64,000 nt of DNA from Alistipes sp. (GCA_045654925.1 JAZOOI010000024.1:1552-65551), one strand, 5' to 3'; numbered from the stretch's first letter, positions 6,715 through 18,428 are shown. Notes: generated from the sequence alone by a model not told the origin. Program-made: numbers and translations.

Positions 6715-9255
6715 CTACTCCTCCACCTGAGCCTCGGTTGCTGTGCCCTCGGCCTCGGTGGCGATAATTGAGCTATCTATCTCCTCCTCATCGTTCTTGG
6801 GCACTGCTGTCACAGAGGCTATGGAGTCACCCTCGCGGAGGTTGATTACACGAACACCCTGTGTCGCACGTCCCGCAACGCGAATCTGGTCGGCAGAGGT
6901 GCGGATTGTGAGACCTGAACGGTTGATAATCATCAGGTCGTTCTCGTCGGTTACAGCCTGGATAGAGATTAGCTTACCCGTCTTCTCTGTAACGTTGATG
7001 GTCTTGACACCCTTGCCGCCACGGTTGGTGATGCGGTACTCGTCGAGGTCGGTACGCTTGCCATAGCCATTCTCCGAAAGAACCAATACATCCTGCTCAG
7101 AGTTAGGCTCGATGGCTATCATGCCGATAACCTCGTCGGTATCCTCGATAGAGATAGCACGAACACCCGAGCTGACACGACCCATAGGACGTACTGTAGA
7201 CTCGTTGAAGCGGATGGCGCGACCCTCACGTGCAGCAATCATGATCTCTGCGTTGCCACTTGTGAGCTTAACCTCCAACAACTGGTCCTCCTCTCTAATA
7301 ACGATTGCCTTAACGCCATTAGTACGTGGACGTGAATAATCCTCCAATGTTGTCTTCTTGATGATACCACGCTTGGTACACATTACGAGGTAGTTATTCT
7401 CCACGAACTCCTTGTCGTTGAGGTTCTTAATGTTGATGTATGCGCGTACCTTGTCGCCAGGCTCTATCTGGATGACATTCTGTATTGCGCGACCCTTCGA
7501 TGAGCGTGTGCCCTCAGGTATCTGGTATACCTTGAGCCAGTAGCAGCGACCCATCTCGGTGAAGAACATCATTGTGTTGTGCATTGAGGCTACATAGATA
7601 TGCTCTATGAAGTCCTCATCGCGTGTTGCGCTACCCTTGGCACCTACGCCGCCACGGTTCTGTGTGCGGTACTCGGCAAGAGGCGTGCGCTTGATATATC
7701 CCATATGCGAGATGGTGATAACCATGTCGTCATCGGCATAGAAGTCCTCAGGGTTGAACTCCTCAGAGGCGTAGATGATCTCCGAGCGACGCTCATCGCC
7801 ATACTTCTCCTTGATCTCCAAAAGCTCATCCTTGATGATCTGCATCTGGAGGTTCACATCGGCAAGCACTGCCTTGAGGTAGTCGATGGTCTTCATAAGC
7901 TCTGCCTGCTCCTGCTCCAAGGCCTCACGCTGCAAGCCTGTGAGCTGACGTAGACGCATCTCGAGGATTGCCGCTGTCTGCAACTCCGAGAGGCCGAAGC
8001 GCTCCTGGAGACGCTGGCGTGCCTCGTCGGTAGTCTTCGACGAGCGTATGATGTGTACCACCTCGTCGATGTTGTCCTGCGCTATGAGCAGACCATTTAC
8101 GATGTGTAGACGCTCCTCCGCCTTCTGAAGGTCGAAGCGTGAGCGACGTATGATAACATCGTGACGGTGGTCTACGAAGTGGTGGATAAGATCCTTGAGG
8201 TTCAATAGCTGTGGACGTCCATTCACCAAGGCGATGTTGTTCACTGCGAACGACGACTGAAGTGGGGTATTCTTATACAAGGTGTTCAACACTACGCTTG
8301 CCACAGCATCCTGCTTGAGGATGATGACAATACGCATACCCGAACGGTCAGACTCATCGTTGATATATGATATACCCTCAATCTTCTTCTCGTTGATAAG
8401 GTCGGCAATCTTCTTGATCATCTCGGCCTTATTTACCATGTATGGTATCTCGGTGATGACGATGCACTCTCGGCCCGATGCAGTGTGCTCAATCTCGGTC
8501 TTTGCGCGCATAACCACACGACCACGACCTGTGAGCAACGCCTCCTTCACACCCTCGTAGCCATAGATGATGGCGCCAGTAGGGAAGTCGGGACCCTTAA
8601 CATAGTTGAGCAACTCCTCGCACTCGCACTCGGGGTTCTCGATATAGGCGCAGCAGGCGTCAACAACCTCCGATAGGTTGTGTGGTGCCATGTTGGTGGC
8701 CATACCTACCGCAATACCGCTTGCGCCATTTACAAGCAATAGCGGAATACGTGTAGGGAGTACTGTAGGCTCCTTGAGCGTATCGTCGAAGTTAAGACCC
8801 CAGTCGATGGTCTCCTTCTCGATATCTGCCATCACCTCGTCAGTAATCTTCTGCATACGTGCCTCAGTGTAACGCATTGCCGCTGGTGAGTCGCCATCCA
8901 TAGAACCGAAGTTACCCTGGCCCTCAACCAAAGGATAGCGCATCGACCAATGCTGTGCCATACGCACCATGGCCTCGTATACTGAGCTATCGCCATGTGG
9001 GTGGAACTTACCGAGCACATCACCGACGATACGAGCACTCTTACGTGTAGGCTTGTCGTGAGTGAGGTTCAACTCAGCCGACATATCGTAGAGGATACGA
9101 CGATGTACTGGCTTTAGACCGTCGCGCACGTCGGGCAGTGCACGCGACACGATTACCGACATCGAGTAGTCGATGTATGCCGCCTTCATCTGCTCTTCGA
9201 GGTTCACCTGGACAATGCGTCCAGTTAGACCTGTTGTGTTTTCAGCTTCTGTCAT
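6715..9255 (-). CDS. gyrA: DNA gyrase subunit A
   Basis: [34 protein letters not shown] (catalytic Tyr), GyrA-box QNRGGVG. Confidence 0.98.
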   Translation of the reverse strand: MTEAENTTGLTGRIVQVNLEEQMKAAYIDYSMSVIVSRALPDVRDGLKPVHRRILYDMSAELNLTHDKPTRKSARIVGDVLGKFHPHGDSSVYEAMVRMAQHWSMRYPLVEGQGNFGSMDGDSPAAMRYTEARMQKITDEVMADIEKETIDWGLNFDDTLKEPTVLPTRIPLLLVNGASGIAVGMATNMAPHNLSEVVDACCAYIENPECECEELLNYVKGPDFPTGAIIYGYEGVKEALLTGRGRVVMRAKTEIEHTASGRECIVITEIPYMVNKAEMIKKIADLINEKKIEGISYINDESDRSGMRIVIILKQDAVASVVLNTLYKNTPLQSSFAVNNIALVNGRPQLLNLKDLIHHFVDHRHDVIIRRSRFDLQKAEERLHIVNGLLIAQDNIDEVVHIIRSSKTTDEARQRLQERFGLSELQTAAILEMRLRQLTGLQREALEQEQAELMKTIDYLKAVLADVNLQMQIIKDELLEIKEKYGDERRSEIIYASEEFNPEDFYADDDMVITISHMGYIKRTPLAEYRTQNRGGVGAKGSATRDEDFIEHIYVASMHNTMMFFTEMGRCYWLKVYQIPEGTRSSKGRAIQNVIQIEPGDKVRAYINIKNLNDKEFVENNYLVMCTKRGIIKKTTLEDYSRPRTNGVKAIVIREEDQLLEVKLTSGNAEIMIAAREGRAIRFNESTVRPMGRVSSGVRAISIEDTDEVIGMIAIEPNSEQDVLVLSENGYGKRTDLDEYRITNRGGKGVKTINVTEKTGKLISIQAVTDENDLMIINRSGLTIRTSADQIRVAGRATQGVRVINLREGDSIASVTAVPKNDEEEIDSSIIATEAEGTATEAQVEE

Positions 9256-9472
9256 CTTTAAATACTATTTCGTGTTTCTATTGTTTTGCTCTGTTGTCCT
9301 ATATATATAATATATATAGGTGTGCAAAATTACGCTATATTTTCGATTTAAGCAACTTTTCGACACGAAAAATTGGGGTTGGATAACCTCTTTTTCCTAA
9401 AATATCGCCGTAATGCCCCTTTTTAGCCGTTTTGAGCGCATTAAATATTTCTGCCGACAGGGTGACGGATAC

Positions 9473-9509
9473 AAAGAGGGAGAGAACGGAAATGCTCCAT
9501 TCTCTCCCT
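9473..9509 (-). terminator. Putative terminator after deoD
   Basis: AGGGAGAGAA...TTCTCTCCCT stem with AAA on the left side. Confidence 0.5.
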
Positions 9510-9529
9510 AAACGCGGGGTGATGATGTG

Positions 9530-10243
9530 TTAGATGATATCGAACGCAATCTTCATCATGTTGGTGAACGATGTCTGACGCTCCTCGGCCGAGCATGCTG
9601 TGTGGTGCACCAATGAGTCCGATATTGTGCATATGCAGAGCGCACTCTTACCTGCGCGTGCAGCATTCATGTAGAGTGCTGTCGCCTCCATCTCAACTGC
9701 CAATACGCCCATCTTCTGCCACTGCTTCCAGCTCTCAGCGTCGTCGCCATAGAATACATCGCTGGCGAGGATGTTACCCGTGCGGTAGGGTATGCCGAGC
9801 TCCTCAGCCTTGGCTGCCGCAGCGCGCAAAAGCTCGAAGTCGGCGATAGGTGCGAATGTGCCTGGGAGGTTAAACTGTGCTCCGTAGTTAGAGTCGGTGC
9901 ATGAGCCCATGCCGAACACCACGTCGCCGAGGTTCAACGATGGGTCGAAGGCGCCTGCTGAGCCACAACGAATGATGCGCTTAACATCGTAGAAGTTGAA
10001 CAACTCATAGGTGTAGATGCCAATAGATGGGATGCCCATGCCGTGGCCCTGTACCGATACACGCTTACCCTTGTAGGTACCTGTGTAACCGAGCATGCCA
10101 CGAACGTTGTTATACTGAACGGGGTTCTCCAAGAAGTTCTCGGCCATAAACTTAGCGCGCAAAGGGTCGCCCGCCATAATCACTCTGTCGGCCACTTCGC
10201 CCAGCTGTGCTCCAATATGAGGAGTAGGAACTTTACCTGCCAT
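9530..10243 (-). CDS. deoD: Purine nucleoside phosphorylase, DeoD type
   Basis: Start reassigned to [12 protein letters not shown]; motifs [36 protein letters not shown]. Confidence 0.93.
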   Translation of the reverse strand: MAGKVPTPHIGAQLGEVADRVIMAGDPLRAKFMAENFLENPVQYNNVRGMLGYTGTYKGKRVSVQGHGMGIPSIGIYTYELFNFYDVKRIIRCGSAGAFDPSLNLGDVVFGMGSCTDSNYGAQFNLPGTFAPIADFELLRAAAAKAEELGIPYRTGNILASDVFYGDDAESWKQWQKMGVLAVEMEATALYMNAARAGKSALCICTISDSLVHHTACSAEERQTSFTNMMKIAFDII

Positions 10244-10376
10244 AATGTTATATTTTACGATTTGTTTGTACTCTTTATATCCATACAAAGTTAATACAAA
10301 TCTTTCGTATGCCCAAGTGTGACGCTCTTTTTCTTGCAAAAAAAGATTATCTTTGTCTTCGCAAATGGCAATATCT

Positions 10377-11867
10377 ATGAAAAAAAGAGTCTTCCTTACT
10401 GGTGCAACAGGCGTCATGGGCTCTGCAGGCCTTGGTGAGCTTGTTGCCCGACGAGATAAATATGATATTACGGTGTTGGTGCGTGATACCAAGCACAACC
10501 GTGCCAAAATGGCTAAGTATGGCGATGCTATACGTGTGGTGTGGGGCGACCTTATGAACTATGATGATGTGCTTCGCGCAACCTCGGGTGCCGACTATGT
10601 TTTGCACGTAGGTGGCATGGTCTCACCAAGTGCCGATTATAGGCCTAAGAGCGTTCAGGTGGTGAATGTTACAGCTGCCGAAAATATAGTCAAAGCCGTT
10701 AAGGCACAGCCTAATAGCGATGCTATTAAAGTTGTATATATAGGCAGCGTGGCGCAGACAGGCGATAGGCGTGAGCCTCTCCATTGGGGACGCACGGGAG
10801 ACCCAATCTTCCCCTCGATGTTCGACTACTACGCCATCTCTAAGTGTCGTGCCGAGCGCATCTTTGCCGAGTCGGGATTGAGGTATTGGGTGAGCCTCCG
10901 TCAGTCGGGAATCCTCTATCCTGCTATCCTCAAAAATATGGACCCCATAATGTTCCATGTCCCCATCCGTGGTGTCTTGGAGTGGGCGACGGTAGAGGAC
11001 TCGGGACGACTCCTTGCCAATGTATGTGGCGACGATGTGCCCGAGGAGTTCTGGTGTAGGTTCTATAATATTGGTAGTGGTGCGGAGTATCGTCTCACGA
11101 ACTACGACTTCGAGTGCTACCTTCTAAAGTCGATAAACTGCCCTCCACCCGAGAAGATTTTCGATGCTAAGTGGTTTGCTACGCATAACTTCCACGGTCA
11201 GTTCTACTTCGACTCCGATAAGCTCGAAGAGTATCTCCATTTCCGTGCTAATGTGCCTGTTGCTGAGTACTTTGTCCAGATGGCAAGACAGCTGCCGTGG
11301 TTCTATTCGTTGGCAAAGATTGCCCCCGCCTTTGTGATAAAACCCGTCATGCGCCATATTGCCAAAGATAAGACCTTCGGCACTCTCGGCTGGCTTAAGA
11401 GGGATGATGAGGAGCGTATAAGGGCCTACTTCGGCTCGCGCGAGGAGCGTGAGGCTATCGGCACGTGGGCGCAGATGAGCGATCTCCACCTCGCCGATGA
11501 GGCTACTGCCGAGCGCCTCGACCACGGCTACGATGAGACCAAGCCCCTCGCGGAGTTGGATATTGAGGATATGCGCCGTGCTGCCGCGTTTAGAGGTGGT
11601 AGATGTTTGTCGGAGAGTATGACCACGGGTGATATGCGTACTAAGCTACTTTGGGAGTGTGCCTTTGGCCACCGCTTCGAGGCGTCGCCCACCCTGGTGC
11701 TTCTTGGTGGTCATTGGTGCGAGGAGTGTATGCCCGCCCCCTGGCGCTACGACGAGGAGGCTGAGCGTAACCCCTTCCTTGCCCAGGTGTGGGGTAGGAT
11801 GCACCCGCTGCGCGATGATGAGAGGCCGACAACCTACGGCACCGCCACCCCTGGGGATTATAGGTAG
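10377..11867 (+). CDS. Extended SDR / NAD-dependent epimerase-dehydratase with C-terminal Zn-ribbon-like domain
   Basis: TGATGVMG Rossmann motif, YAISK (YxxxK), C-terminal WECAFGH...HWCEEC; -7 box TATCTTTG upstream supports the ATG at 10377. Confidence 0.8.
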   Translation: MKKRVFLTGATGVMGSAGLGELVARRDKYDITVLVRDTKHNRAKMAKYGDAIRVVWGDLMNYDDVLRATSGADYVLHVGGMVSPSADYRPKSVQVVNVTAAENIVKAVKAQPNSDAIKVVYIGSVAQTGDRREPLHWGRTGDPIFPSMFDYYAISKCRAERIFAESGLRYWVSLRQSGILYPAILKNMDPIMFHVPIRGVLEWATVEDSGRLLANVCGDDVPEEFWCRFYNIGSGAEYRLTNYDFECYLLKSINCPPPEKIFDAKWFATHNFHGQFYFDSDKLEEYLHFRANVPVAEYFVQMARQLPWFYSLAKIAPAFVIKPVMRHIAKDKTFGTLGWLKRDDEERIRAYFGSREEREAIGTWAQMSDLHLADEATAERLDHGYDETKPLAELDIEDMRRAAAFRGGRCLSESMTTGDMRTKLLWECAFGHRFEASPTLVLLGGHWCEECMPAPWRYDEEAERNPFLAQVWGRMHPLRDDERPTTYGTATPGDYR

Positions 11868-11884
11868 GAGAAAGAGCGCGGACA

Positions 11885-11961
11885 TTAAGGAGTTTAGGGA
11901 ATTTAGGGAGAGCGCAATCAACCTACCCCTTAAACTCTCTAACCTCCTTAATCTCCCTAAA
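11885..11961. repeat. 9-bp-periodic hairpin copy
   Basis: ttaaggagtttagggaatttagggag ... ccttaaactctctaacctccttaatctccctaa. Confidence 0.8.
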
Positions 11962-12068
11962 CCATAATTACTAATTATTTTATTTGATGTGTTGCATTTC
12001 TCAAAGAATATTCGTATCTTCGTACGATTAATTTACTTCGTGCAACGAAAAACTAAAAACTACACTAT

Positions 12069-13379
12069 ATGAACCATCAGTTTACTGCCGAGGAGCGTAA
12101 GGAGATTATCGCCCTCATGAATCGTGAGATTATCCCAGCCATAGGTTGTACCGAGCCTATTGCCGTTGCGTTGTGTGTGGCTAAGGCTACCGAGGCGTTG
12201 GGCAAGCGTCCCGACCATATCGAGGCACGCCTAAGCGCCAACGTGCTAAAGAATGCTATGGGTGTTGGTATCCCTGGCACTGGTATGACAGGTCTCCCTA
12301 TCGCAATGGCATTGGGTGCTATCGTTGGTAAGTCGGAGTATGAGCTTGAGGTGTTGAAGGATAGCAACGACGAGGCGGTAAAGGCTGGTTGCCAGATGAT
12401 TGACGAGAAGCGTATTGGCGTATCTCTCAAGGAGAATATCACCGAGAAGCTATATATCGAGATTGAGGTTACGGCGGGCGCTGACCGCGCTGTGGCCACT
12501 ATCTCTGGCGGTCACACGCGCTTTATCCACGTATCACGCAACGACGAGGTGCTGTTCTCGTTGGAGGGTGCTTCACAGAGCGATGGCGCTGCGGGTACCG
12601 CTACTTCTAATGACCCTGAGCTCACCCTACGCCGTGTATGGGACTTCGCCATGACTGCACCATTGGATGAGCTTCAGTTTATCCTCGAGGCGCGTCGCTT
12701 GAATATGAACGCAGCCTACGAGTCGTTGAAGGGTAACTATGGCCACTCTATCGGTCGCCTTATGCGCTCGGAGTCGGAGCGTAACATTATGGGTGATACG
12801 TTGCACTGCCAGATTGTCGGCATGACAACTGCGGCGTGTGATGCTCGTATGGCGGGTGCTATGATTCCTGTTATGAGTAACTCGGGTAGTGGTAACCAGG
12901 GCCTCACCTCTACAGTGCCCGTTGTTGTCTATGGCGAGCAGACCAACGCTTCGGATGAGCAGATGGTGCGCGCCCTAATCCTCAGCCACCTCACCGTTAT
13001 ATATATTAAGCAGAGCCTTGGTCGTCTCTCGGCATTGTGTGGTTGCGTTGTTGCAGCAACTGGCTCATCATGTGGTATCACCTACCTTATGGGCGGTGGC
13101 TACGAGGAGGTGTCTGTGGCTGTTAAGAATATGATTGCTAACCTCACAGGTATGATTTGTGACGGTGCTAAGCCATCGTGCGCCATGAAGTGTGCTTCGG
13201 GCGTCTCTACCGCTGTGGTCTCTGCCCTCATGGCTATGAATGGCCGCTGTGTTAAGTCTGTTGAGGGTATCATCGACGATGATGTAGATCGCTCAATCCG
13301 CAACCTCACCGACATTGGCCGCGATGCTATGACCCACACCGATGCCATGATCTTGAAGATTATGACCTCGAAGAGCTAA
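12069..13379 (+). CDS. L-cysteine desulfidase / serine dehydratase alpha-like (YhaM/CdsB, UPF0597)
   Basis: PAIGCTEPIA, KNAMGVGIPG, ARMAG...SNSGSGNQG, LSALCG, GMICDGAKPSCAMK. Confidence 0.9.
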   Translation: MNHQFTAEERKEIIALMNREIIPAIGCTEPIAVALCVAKATEALGKRPDHIEARLSANVLKNAMGVGIPGTGMTGLPIAMALGAIVGKSEYELEVLKDSNDEAVKAGCQMIDEKRIGVSLKENITEKLYIEIEVTAGADRAVATISGGHTRFIHVSRNDEVLFSLEGASQSDGAAGTATSNDPELTLRRVWDFAMTAPLDELQFILEARRLNMNAAYESLKGNYGHSIGRLMRSESERNIMGDTLHCQIVGMTTAACDARMAGAMIPVMSNSGSGNQGLTSTVPVVVYGEQTNASDEQMVRALILSHLTVIYIKQSLGRLSALCGCVVAATGSSCGITYLMGGGYEEVSVAVKNMIANLTGMICDGAKPSCAMKCASGVSTAVVSALMAMNGRCVKSVEGIIDDDVDRSIRNLTDIGRDAMTHTDAMILKIMTSKS

Positions 13380-13402
13380 TTGCTAAGAGTACATATATGC
13401 AT

Positions 13403-13535
13403 AAAGGGGGGGGCTAAAAGTAAATTAGCCACCCCCTTCTTCTTGAATTCGACATCTCATTCTTTAGGTCGTCTATTTCATGCTATATGCCTAAGAATAA
13501 CAAACCCCAGAAGCCGAGCTTCTGGGGTTGTCTTT
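13403..13535. terminator. Two convergent terminators
   Basis: GGGGGGGCTAA...TTAGCCACCCCC-TTCTT (13403-13443) and AACCCCAGAAGC-CGA-GCTTCTGGGGTT (13503-13530). Confidence 0.6.
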
Positions 13536-13568
13536 GTCGTCAGGCGACGTTTTAAATCTCGTTGCAGA

Positions 13569-13814
13569 TTACTTCTGCTCGTTGAGAATGCGCATTGCTG
13601 CGTCAAATATAGTAGTATCGTCGAGTGTTACTACGCCTCCATCAGGACCCTGCTCAATATGGATGCCCGCACCAGCCTTTGCATCAAGGTGCTTACCGCC
13701 GAAATAGTTACGTACGGTCTCTACATCGATTCCCAACTCATCTGCAATGCGCTGCGAGCTACCACTGGGCAACTTATCTTTAATGCGGCGCAACTCGTTA
13801 AATGTGATAATCAT
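13569..13814 (-). CDS. Small Bacteroidetes DNA-binding (HTH) protein
   Basis: ITFNELRRIKDKLPSGSSQRIADELGIDVETVRNYFGG, an HTH-like sequence. Confidence 0.85.
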   Translation of the reverse strand: MIITFNELRRIKDKLPSGSSQRIADELGIDVETVRNYFGGKHLDAKAGAGIHIEQGPDGGVVTLDDTTIFDAAMRILNEQK

Positions 13815-14104
13815 AACTTTAAGGGTATTAAGATTAATATTAGTATTACATTGAAATAGTTTCTATTTCCTTTCGCTATGCTAAATTAATACATTTTTTT
13901 GAAACTGCCAAAATATCTTGCTAAAATTTTTAAAAAAATCAGCAATCGACATCTTTTATATCTTTTTTGACCACATGATGCCCTCGGTCATACATGGTGC
14001 TATTTGGGCCTTATAGCCTAAAACTGCAAAATATTTGCAAATCATTATTGGCATTTGTGAATTGTTTTGTATCTTTGCACGTTATATTTATATATATGTA
14101 GCAC

Positions 14105-14932
14105 ATGGAGCTTATTACGAATATAATCATCGAGTATCTGAAGCACAACAAACGCCTTGTTGTGCCCAAGCTTGGTGCATTTATCGTAAAGCAGCCAGGC
14201 GACAAGATTATCTTCTCGGAGTTTATGCGTGGCGATGATGGTACATTGCGCTCGTTACTCATGGCATATGGCCTGAGCGAGATGGAGGCGAGTGGCATTA
14301 TCGACCGCTTTGTGTTCGAGATAAGACACGCCATAGGTAAGGGCGATAGCTATACTATCGATAAGCTGGGCCTATTCACTGCTGGCGATAACAACAATAT
14401 TCTCTTCAAGCAGCAGCGCGAGCCTATCACCATTGGTGGTAATATTAAGCCCCCTGTTGAGAGTCTCAACGAGGCCAAGCGTATGATGCGTAGCACATCT
14501 GTAGGGTATGGCGAGCAGCCTATGCCGCGCAAAAGTGTTGCACGACCGCTATATAACAGCCGCAATAGTGGGGTAGATAGTGGCAACGATAACATAAACA
14601 TAACAAAACCTGAGTCCTATTTGCGAGGTCTCAAATATGAGAATAAGAAGGAGAAGGGACGCGATGACGACTATCGTCGCAAGGGAGGTGTCAATGGTCT
14701 GAGTCGTCGTAGTTTGATGATGTTACTCGGCGTGCTAATGCTCCTTGCTATCATCTTCATGGCGTGGTACTTCTGGTTGGGTGATGATGACGATACGTCG
14801 ACACCTACGTCTGTTGAGAGTGTCGCTGAGCAGCACGATACGTCTGCTTCGCCCGATACGCTTCTTATGTCGGCAGATTCGTTGGCAATTAATGTAGATT
14901 CACTCGCCACTGTCGAGAAGAGTATAAAGTAG
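14105..14932 (+). CDS. HU-like domain membrane-anchored protein
   Basis: N-terminal HU-like fold (LVVPKLGAF, IDKLGLF); single TM near the C-terminus. Confidence 0.7.
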   Translation: MELITNIIIEYLKHNKRLVVPKLGAFIVKQPGDKIIFSEFMRGDDGTLRSLLMAYGLSEMEASGIIDRFVFEIRHAIGKGDSYTIDKLGLFTAGDNNNILFKQQREPITIGGNIKPPVESLNEAKRMMRSTSVGYGEQPMPRKSVARPLYNSRNSGVDSGNDNINITKPESYLRGLKYENKKEKGRDDDYRRKGGVNGLSRRSLMMLLGVLMLLAIIFMAWYFWLGDDDDTSTPTSVESVAEQHDTSASPDTLLMSADSLAINVDSLATVEKSIK

Positions 14933-14937
14933 ATATT

Positions 14938-16158
14938 ATGACCGCAAACGAATTACTATCAGTAAAGCAGCGTTTCGGCATTATAGGTAATACCGATGCG
15001 CTAAATACCGCCCTTGAGGTGGCCATACGCGTTGCACCTACCGACCTCTCAGTATTGGTTACGGGAGAGAGTGGTGTGGGTAAGGAGTTTTTCCCTAAGA
15101 TTATCCACGACTTCTCGGCGCGTAAGCACAATAAATATATCCCCGTAAACTGCGGTGCTATCCCCGAGGGTACTATCGACTCTGAGCTCTTTGGTCATGA
15201 GAAGGGCGCCTTCACCGGTGCTATCGACAGCCGTAAGGGTTACTTCGAGGAGGCTGATGGTGGTACTATCTTCCTCGATGAGGTGGGTGAGTTACCAATA
15301 TCTACACAGGTGCGCCTGTTGCGTGTGTTGCAGACGGGTGAGTTCATGCGTGTGGGCTCAACAAAGGTGCAGAAGACGAATGTGCGTGTCGTTGCAGCCA
15401 CGAATAACGACCTTCTGAAGTCTATCGCTGAGGGTAACTTCCGTGAGGATCTCTACTACCGTCTAAATACTGTACCCATCTCGGTGCCAGCGTTGCGTGA
15501 ACGCAAGGGGGATATATATATCCTCTTCCGTAAGTTCGCCAGCGATGTTGCCACGCAGTATCGCATGCCAGCAATAACCCTCGATGAGGGTGCACGCGAG
15601 CTTCTGGAGAACTACCATTGGAGGGGTAACATCCGCCAGCTGAAGAATGTCGCTGAGCAGATATCAGCCGTGGAGCAGAGCCGTAATATTACAGTAGATA
15701 TACTACGTCGTTACCTGCCTAATGAGGGCTATACAACACAGCCTATGATGGGTGGCGCGAAGGGTGGATATGAGGATATGACTACCGAGCGCGAGCTCCT
15801 ATATAAGATTCTCTTCGATATGCGCAACGATATCAACGAGCTTAAGCGTATGATGAGTCAGGCTATGGCTGGTGGTGAGCGCGAGGTGACGGTGCCACCA
15901 ACGCCCCATCATGAGATTGTGGGACTCCTACCAGAGGCTAAGCACTCGGCATCGCATCGCTTCGAGGAGAGTGAGACGGTTGAGTTTATCGATGATGAGC
16001 CACAGCGTGAGATGTCGAAGGAGGATATGCTTCGCGCACAGACTATGCAGGCGCTACGTAATAATAATTTTAAACGTAAGGAGGCTGCGCGCGAGTTATT
16101 TATCTCGGAGCGTACGCTCTATCGCCGTATGAAGGCTCTTGGTATTGACGAAGAATAA
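14938..16158 (+). CDS. Sigma-54 dependent AAA+ transcriptional activator (Fis HTH)
   Basis: GESGVGKE, ELFGHEKGAFTGA, FLDEVGE, FREDLYYRL, WRGNIRQL, ISERTLYRR. Confidence 0.95.
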   Translation: MTANELLSVKQRFGIIGNTDALNTALEVAIRVAPTDLSVLVTGESGVGKEFFPKIIHDFSARKHNKYIPVNCGAIPEGTIDSELFGHEKGAFTGAIDSRKGYFEEADGGTIFLDEVGELPISTQVRLLRVLQTGEFMRVGSTKVQKTNVRVVAATNNDLLKSIAEGNFREDLYYRLNTVPISVPALRERKGDIYILFRKFASDVATQYRMPAITLDEGARELLENYHWRGNIRQLKNVAEQISAVEQSRNITVDILRRYLPNEGYTTQPMMGGAKGGYEDMTTERELLYKILFDMRNDINELKRMMSQAMAGGEREVTVPPTPHHEIVGLLPEAKHSASHRFEESETVEFIDDEPQREMSKEDMLRAQTMQALRNNNFKRKEAARELFISERTLYRRMKALGIDEE

Positions 16159-16689
16159 ATGTTGATTATGAAACGATTGATATACTTAATTGTGGCCATC
16201 GTTGCCCCTGTGCTGTTGTGTGGCGGTTGTGGCTATAAGGTTACATATAACCTCTCTGGTGGCTCTATACCTCCCGAGGCTAAGACCTTCTCAGTGGCAT
16301 ACTTCCCCAATAATGCGCCTATGGTTGCCCCTACGTTGAGCAATGTGCTTACCGAGGGTCTGCGCGATAAGTTCTCGCGCCAGACACGTCTCCAGCAGGT
16401 CGAGGCCGGTGGTGACTTTGCATTCGAGGGCGAGATTACAAACTATACCTCTACAACATCTTCGGTGTCGAGTGGCGACTACGCTCTGCAGAACCGCCTA
16501 ACCATTACCGTTAAGGTGAGCTTCCAGAATGCTGTTGATCAGACATTGTCGTTCAGCAATAAGACCTTCTCGTCGTATGCAGACTATGATGCTTCACAGC
16601 TCCTTGTCGATGTTCAGGATCAGCTTATCGAGGAGATCGTCGACGACCTTGTTAACGATATATATATGGCTGCGGCTGGTAACTGGTAG
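16159..16689 (+). CDS. LptE family lipoprotein
   Basis: Lipoprotein signal, Y-S-GGSIP, FPNNAP, NRLTITVKV; Bacteroidetes synteny with the sigma54 activator and secG. Confidence 0.8.
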   Translation: MLIMKRLIYLIVAIVAPVLLCGGCGYKVTYNLSGGSIPPEAKTFSVAYFPNNAPMVAPTLSNVLTEGLRDKFSRQTRLQQVEAGGDFAFEGEITNYTSTTSSVSSGDYALQNRLTITVKVSFQNAVDQTLSFSNKTFSSYADYDASQLLVDVQDQLIEEIVDDLVNDIYMAAAGNW

Positions 16690-16698
16690 TAGGGGAGT

Positions 16699-17160
16699 AT
16701 GGAGTTGAAAATGGATGATATAAGAGGTGTAGAGCAGATTGTCGAGCGCTATGCGTGGTATGGTGCTGGCCATTTAGCCTTGGTGCGTGCTAAGGGTATT
16801 GGCTCTGTAGAGCCTGCAACACGCCTTGTGGCTATGCTCCACCCGTTGGCTGCCGTGCCTATGAGCGAGGTAGATGTGGCTAAGCTGACGCATAAGAGCT
16901 CAGATGACCTCATCGACATTTTTTTGCATCGTGGTGGCAAGCGTATAGTTGCCGAGGATGGCGATGCGGAGGATATGTCGATAGCCGATTTTTCGGATGG
17001 TGACGATATTGTTAGCGAAGAATTGGCAGAAATATATCTAAATCAGGGGTTATATGATGAGGCAATAGCCACTTATCGCAAATTAAGTTTGGTAAATTCC
17101 AAAAAAAGTGTTTACTTTGCGGAACTTATTGAGCAGATAAATAAGAAAAAGAATAAATAA
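16699..17160 (+). CDS. Conserved hypothetical protein with C-terminal TPR-like motif
   Basis: SEELAEIYLNQGLYDEAIATYRKLSL..KSVYFA. Confidence 0.75.
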   Translation: MELKMDDIRGVEQIVERYAWYGAGHLALVRAKGIGSVEPATRLVAMLHPLAAVPMSEVDVAKLTHKSSDDLIDIFLHRGGKRIVAEDGDAEDMSIADFSDGDDIVSEELAEIYLNQGLYDEAIATYRKLSLVNSKKSVYFAELIEQINKKKNK

Positions 17161-17188
17161 CATTAGAGAATAATTAAATTTATAAACT

Positions 17189-17611
17189 ATGTATATCTTT
17201 TGCATTATTATGATTTGTATTGCAAGTATCCTTCTAATACTTGCAGTGTTGGTACAGAGCCCAAAGAGCGGTATGGCTGCTAACTTCGGTGCTGCTAACC
17301 AGACTATGGGTGTTCGTCAGACTACCGATTTCCTTGAGAAGTTTACTTGGGCAATGGTTGCTGCTATCGTATTCTTCAGCCTTCTCTCAACAACTGCACT
17401 TCCTGATCGTGTTGAGTCAAAGAGCGACGATACAACAACTGCTGCTGTTGAGGATGTAGATTTTAAGGAGCCTGAGACTGATGCTGGTTTGGTAACTGAG
17501 GAGGCTACAGATGTTGTACCAGAGATCTCTAAGGAGAATGAGAACCTTAAGGTTGTTGAGGCACCAGAGGCTTCAGAGACACCAGAGGCTACTGATGCTC
17601 CAGCTGAGTAA
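17189..17611 (+). CDS. secG: Preprotein translocase subunit SecG
   Basis: VLVQSPKSGMAANFG...GVRQTTDFLEKFTW; two TMs; acidic tail. Confidence 0.92.
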   Translation: MYIFCIIMICIASILLILAVLVQSPKSGMAANFGAANQTMGVRQTTDFLEKFTWAMVAAIVFFSLLSTTALPDRVESKSDDTTTAAVEDVDFKEPETDAGLVTEEATDVVPEISKENENLKVVEAPEASETPEATDAPAE

Positions 17612-17636
17612 GTTAACCAACTTAAGAAATAGAGAT

Positions 17637-17668
17637 GAGGCTATCCGAAAGGGTAGCCTCTATTATTA
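17637..17668 (+). terminator. Terminator after secG
   Basis: GAGGCTATCC-GAAA-GGGTAGCCTC-TATTATT. Confidence 0.7.
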
Positions 17669-17795
17669 TATATAGGTATGGCCGGCATATAATTTTGTGG
17701 TAAAAGAGTTTTTTTTCGTGGATATGTTGCATAATAAAAAAAAATCACTACCTTTGCACCGCATTATGCAAAAATAATTTAATATTTATTGACGT

Positions 17796-18143
17796 ATGAA
17801 CAATTACGAAACCGTTTTCATTGTCACTCCCGTCCTTTCAGACGCACAGGTAAAGGAGGTTGCTGACAAATTCCAGGGCGTAATCACCGAGAACGGCGGT
17901 CAGATTGTGAATGTGGAGAACTGGGGCCTTAAGAAGCTCGCTTATCCTATTCAGAAGAAGACCACTGGTTTCTACTTCCTCGTGGAGTTCACTGGTGAGG
18001 GCTCAATCATCAACACGCTTGAGACACAGTATCGTCGTGACGAGCGTATCATCCGTTTCTTAACTTTCAAGCAGGACAAGTTCGCTGTTGAGTACTCTCA
18101 GAAGCGTCGTGCTAAGCTTGCTAACAAATCACAGGAGGAGTAA
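17796..18143 (+). CDS. rpsF: 30S ribosomal protein S6
   Basis: YETVFI...[12 protein letters not shown]. Confidence 0.97.
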   Translation: MNNYETVFIVTPVLSDAQVKEVADKFQGVITENGGQIVNVENWGLKKLAYPIQKKTTGFYFLVEFTGEGSIINTLETQYRRDERIIRFLTFKQDKFAVEYSQKRRAKLANKSQEE

Positions 18144-18146
18144 ACT

Positions 18147-18428
18147 ATGGCAGAGAACACACAGCAGGGTGCATCAGAGATCCGCTATCTCAACCCAGTA
18201 TCAGTAGACGTTAAGAAGAAGAAGTACTGCCGCTTTAAGAAGCTTGGTATCAAGTACGTAGATTATAAGGATGGTGAGTTCTTGAAGAAGTTCCTCAACG
18301 AGCAGGGTAAGATTTTGCCACGTCGTCTCACAGGTACTTCTCAGAAGTTCCAGAAGAAGGTTGCTCAGGCAGTAAAGCGTGCTCGTCACCTCGCAATCCT
18401 TCCATTCGTAACCGATTGTATGAAATAA
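18147..18428 (+). CDS. rpsR: 30S ribosomal protein S18
   Basis: VDYKD...[10 protein letters not shown]...[13 protein letters not shown]. Confidence 0.97.
   Translation: MAENTQQGASEIRYLNPVSVDVKKKKYCRFKKLGIKYVDYKDGEFLKKFLNEQGKILPRRLTGTSQKFQKKVAQAVKRARHLAILPFVTDCMK

Noticed and set aside
10244-10507. N-terminal extension of deoD in the ORF track (also extensions of dnaG, HD protein, DUF4301, EIIC)
   Set aside because: The extensions overlap neighbouring genes or promoters; downstream ATGs match family N-termini and -7 boxes.
13380-13859. 159-aa plus-strand ORF
   Set aside because: Spans two terminators and is antisense to the credible 81-aa HTH gene.
17682-17700. Sigma54 promoter upstream of rpsF (CCGGCATATAATTTTGT)
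   Set aside because: No GC at the -12 position with correct spacing; a normal TACCTTTG -7 box lies at ~17749.
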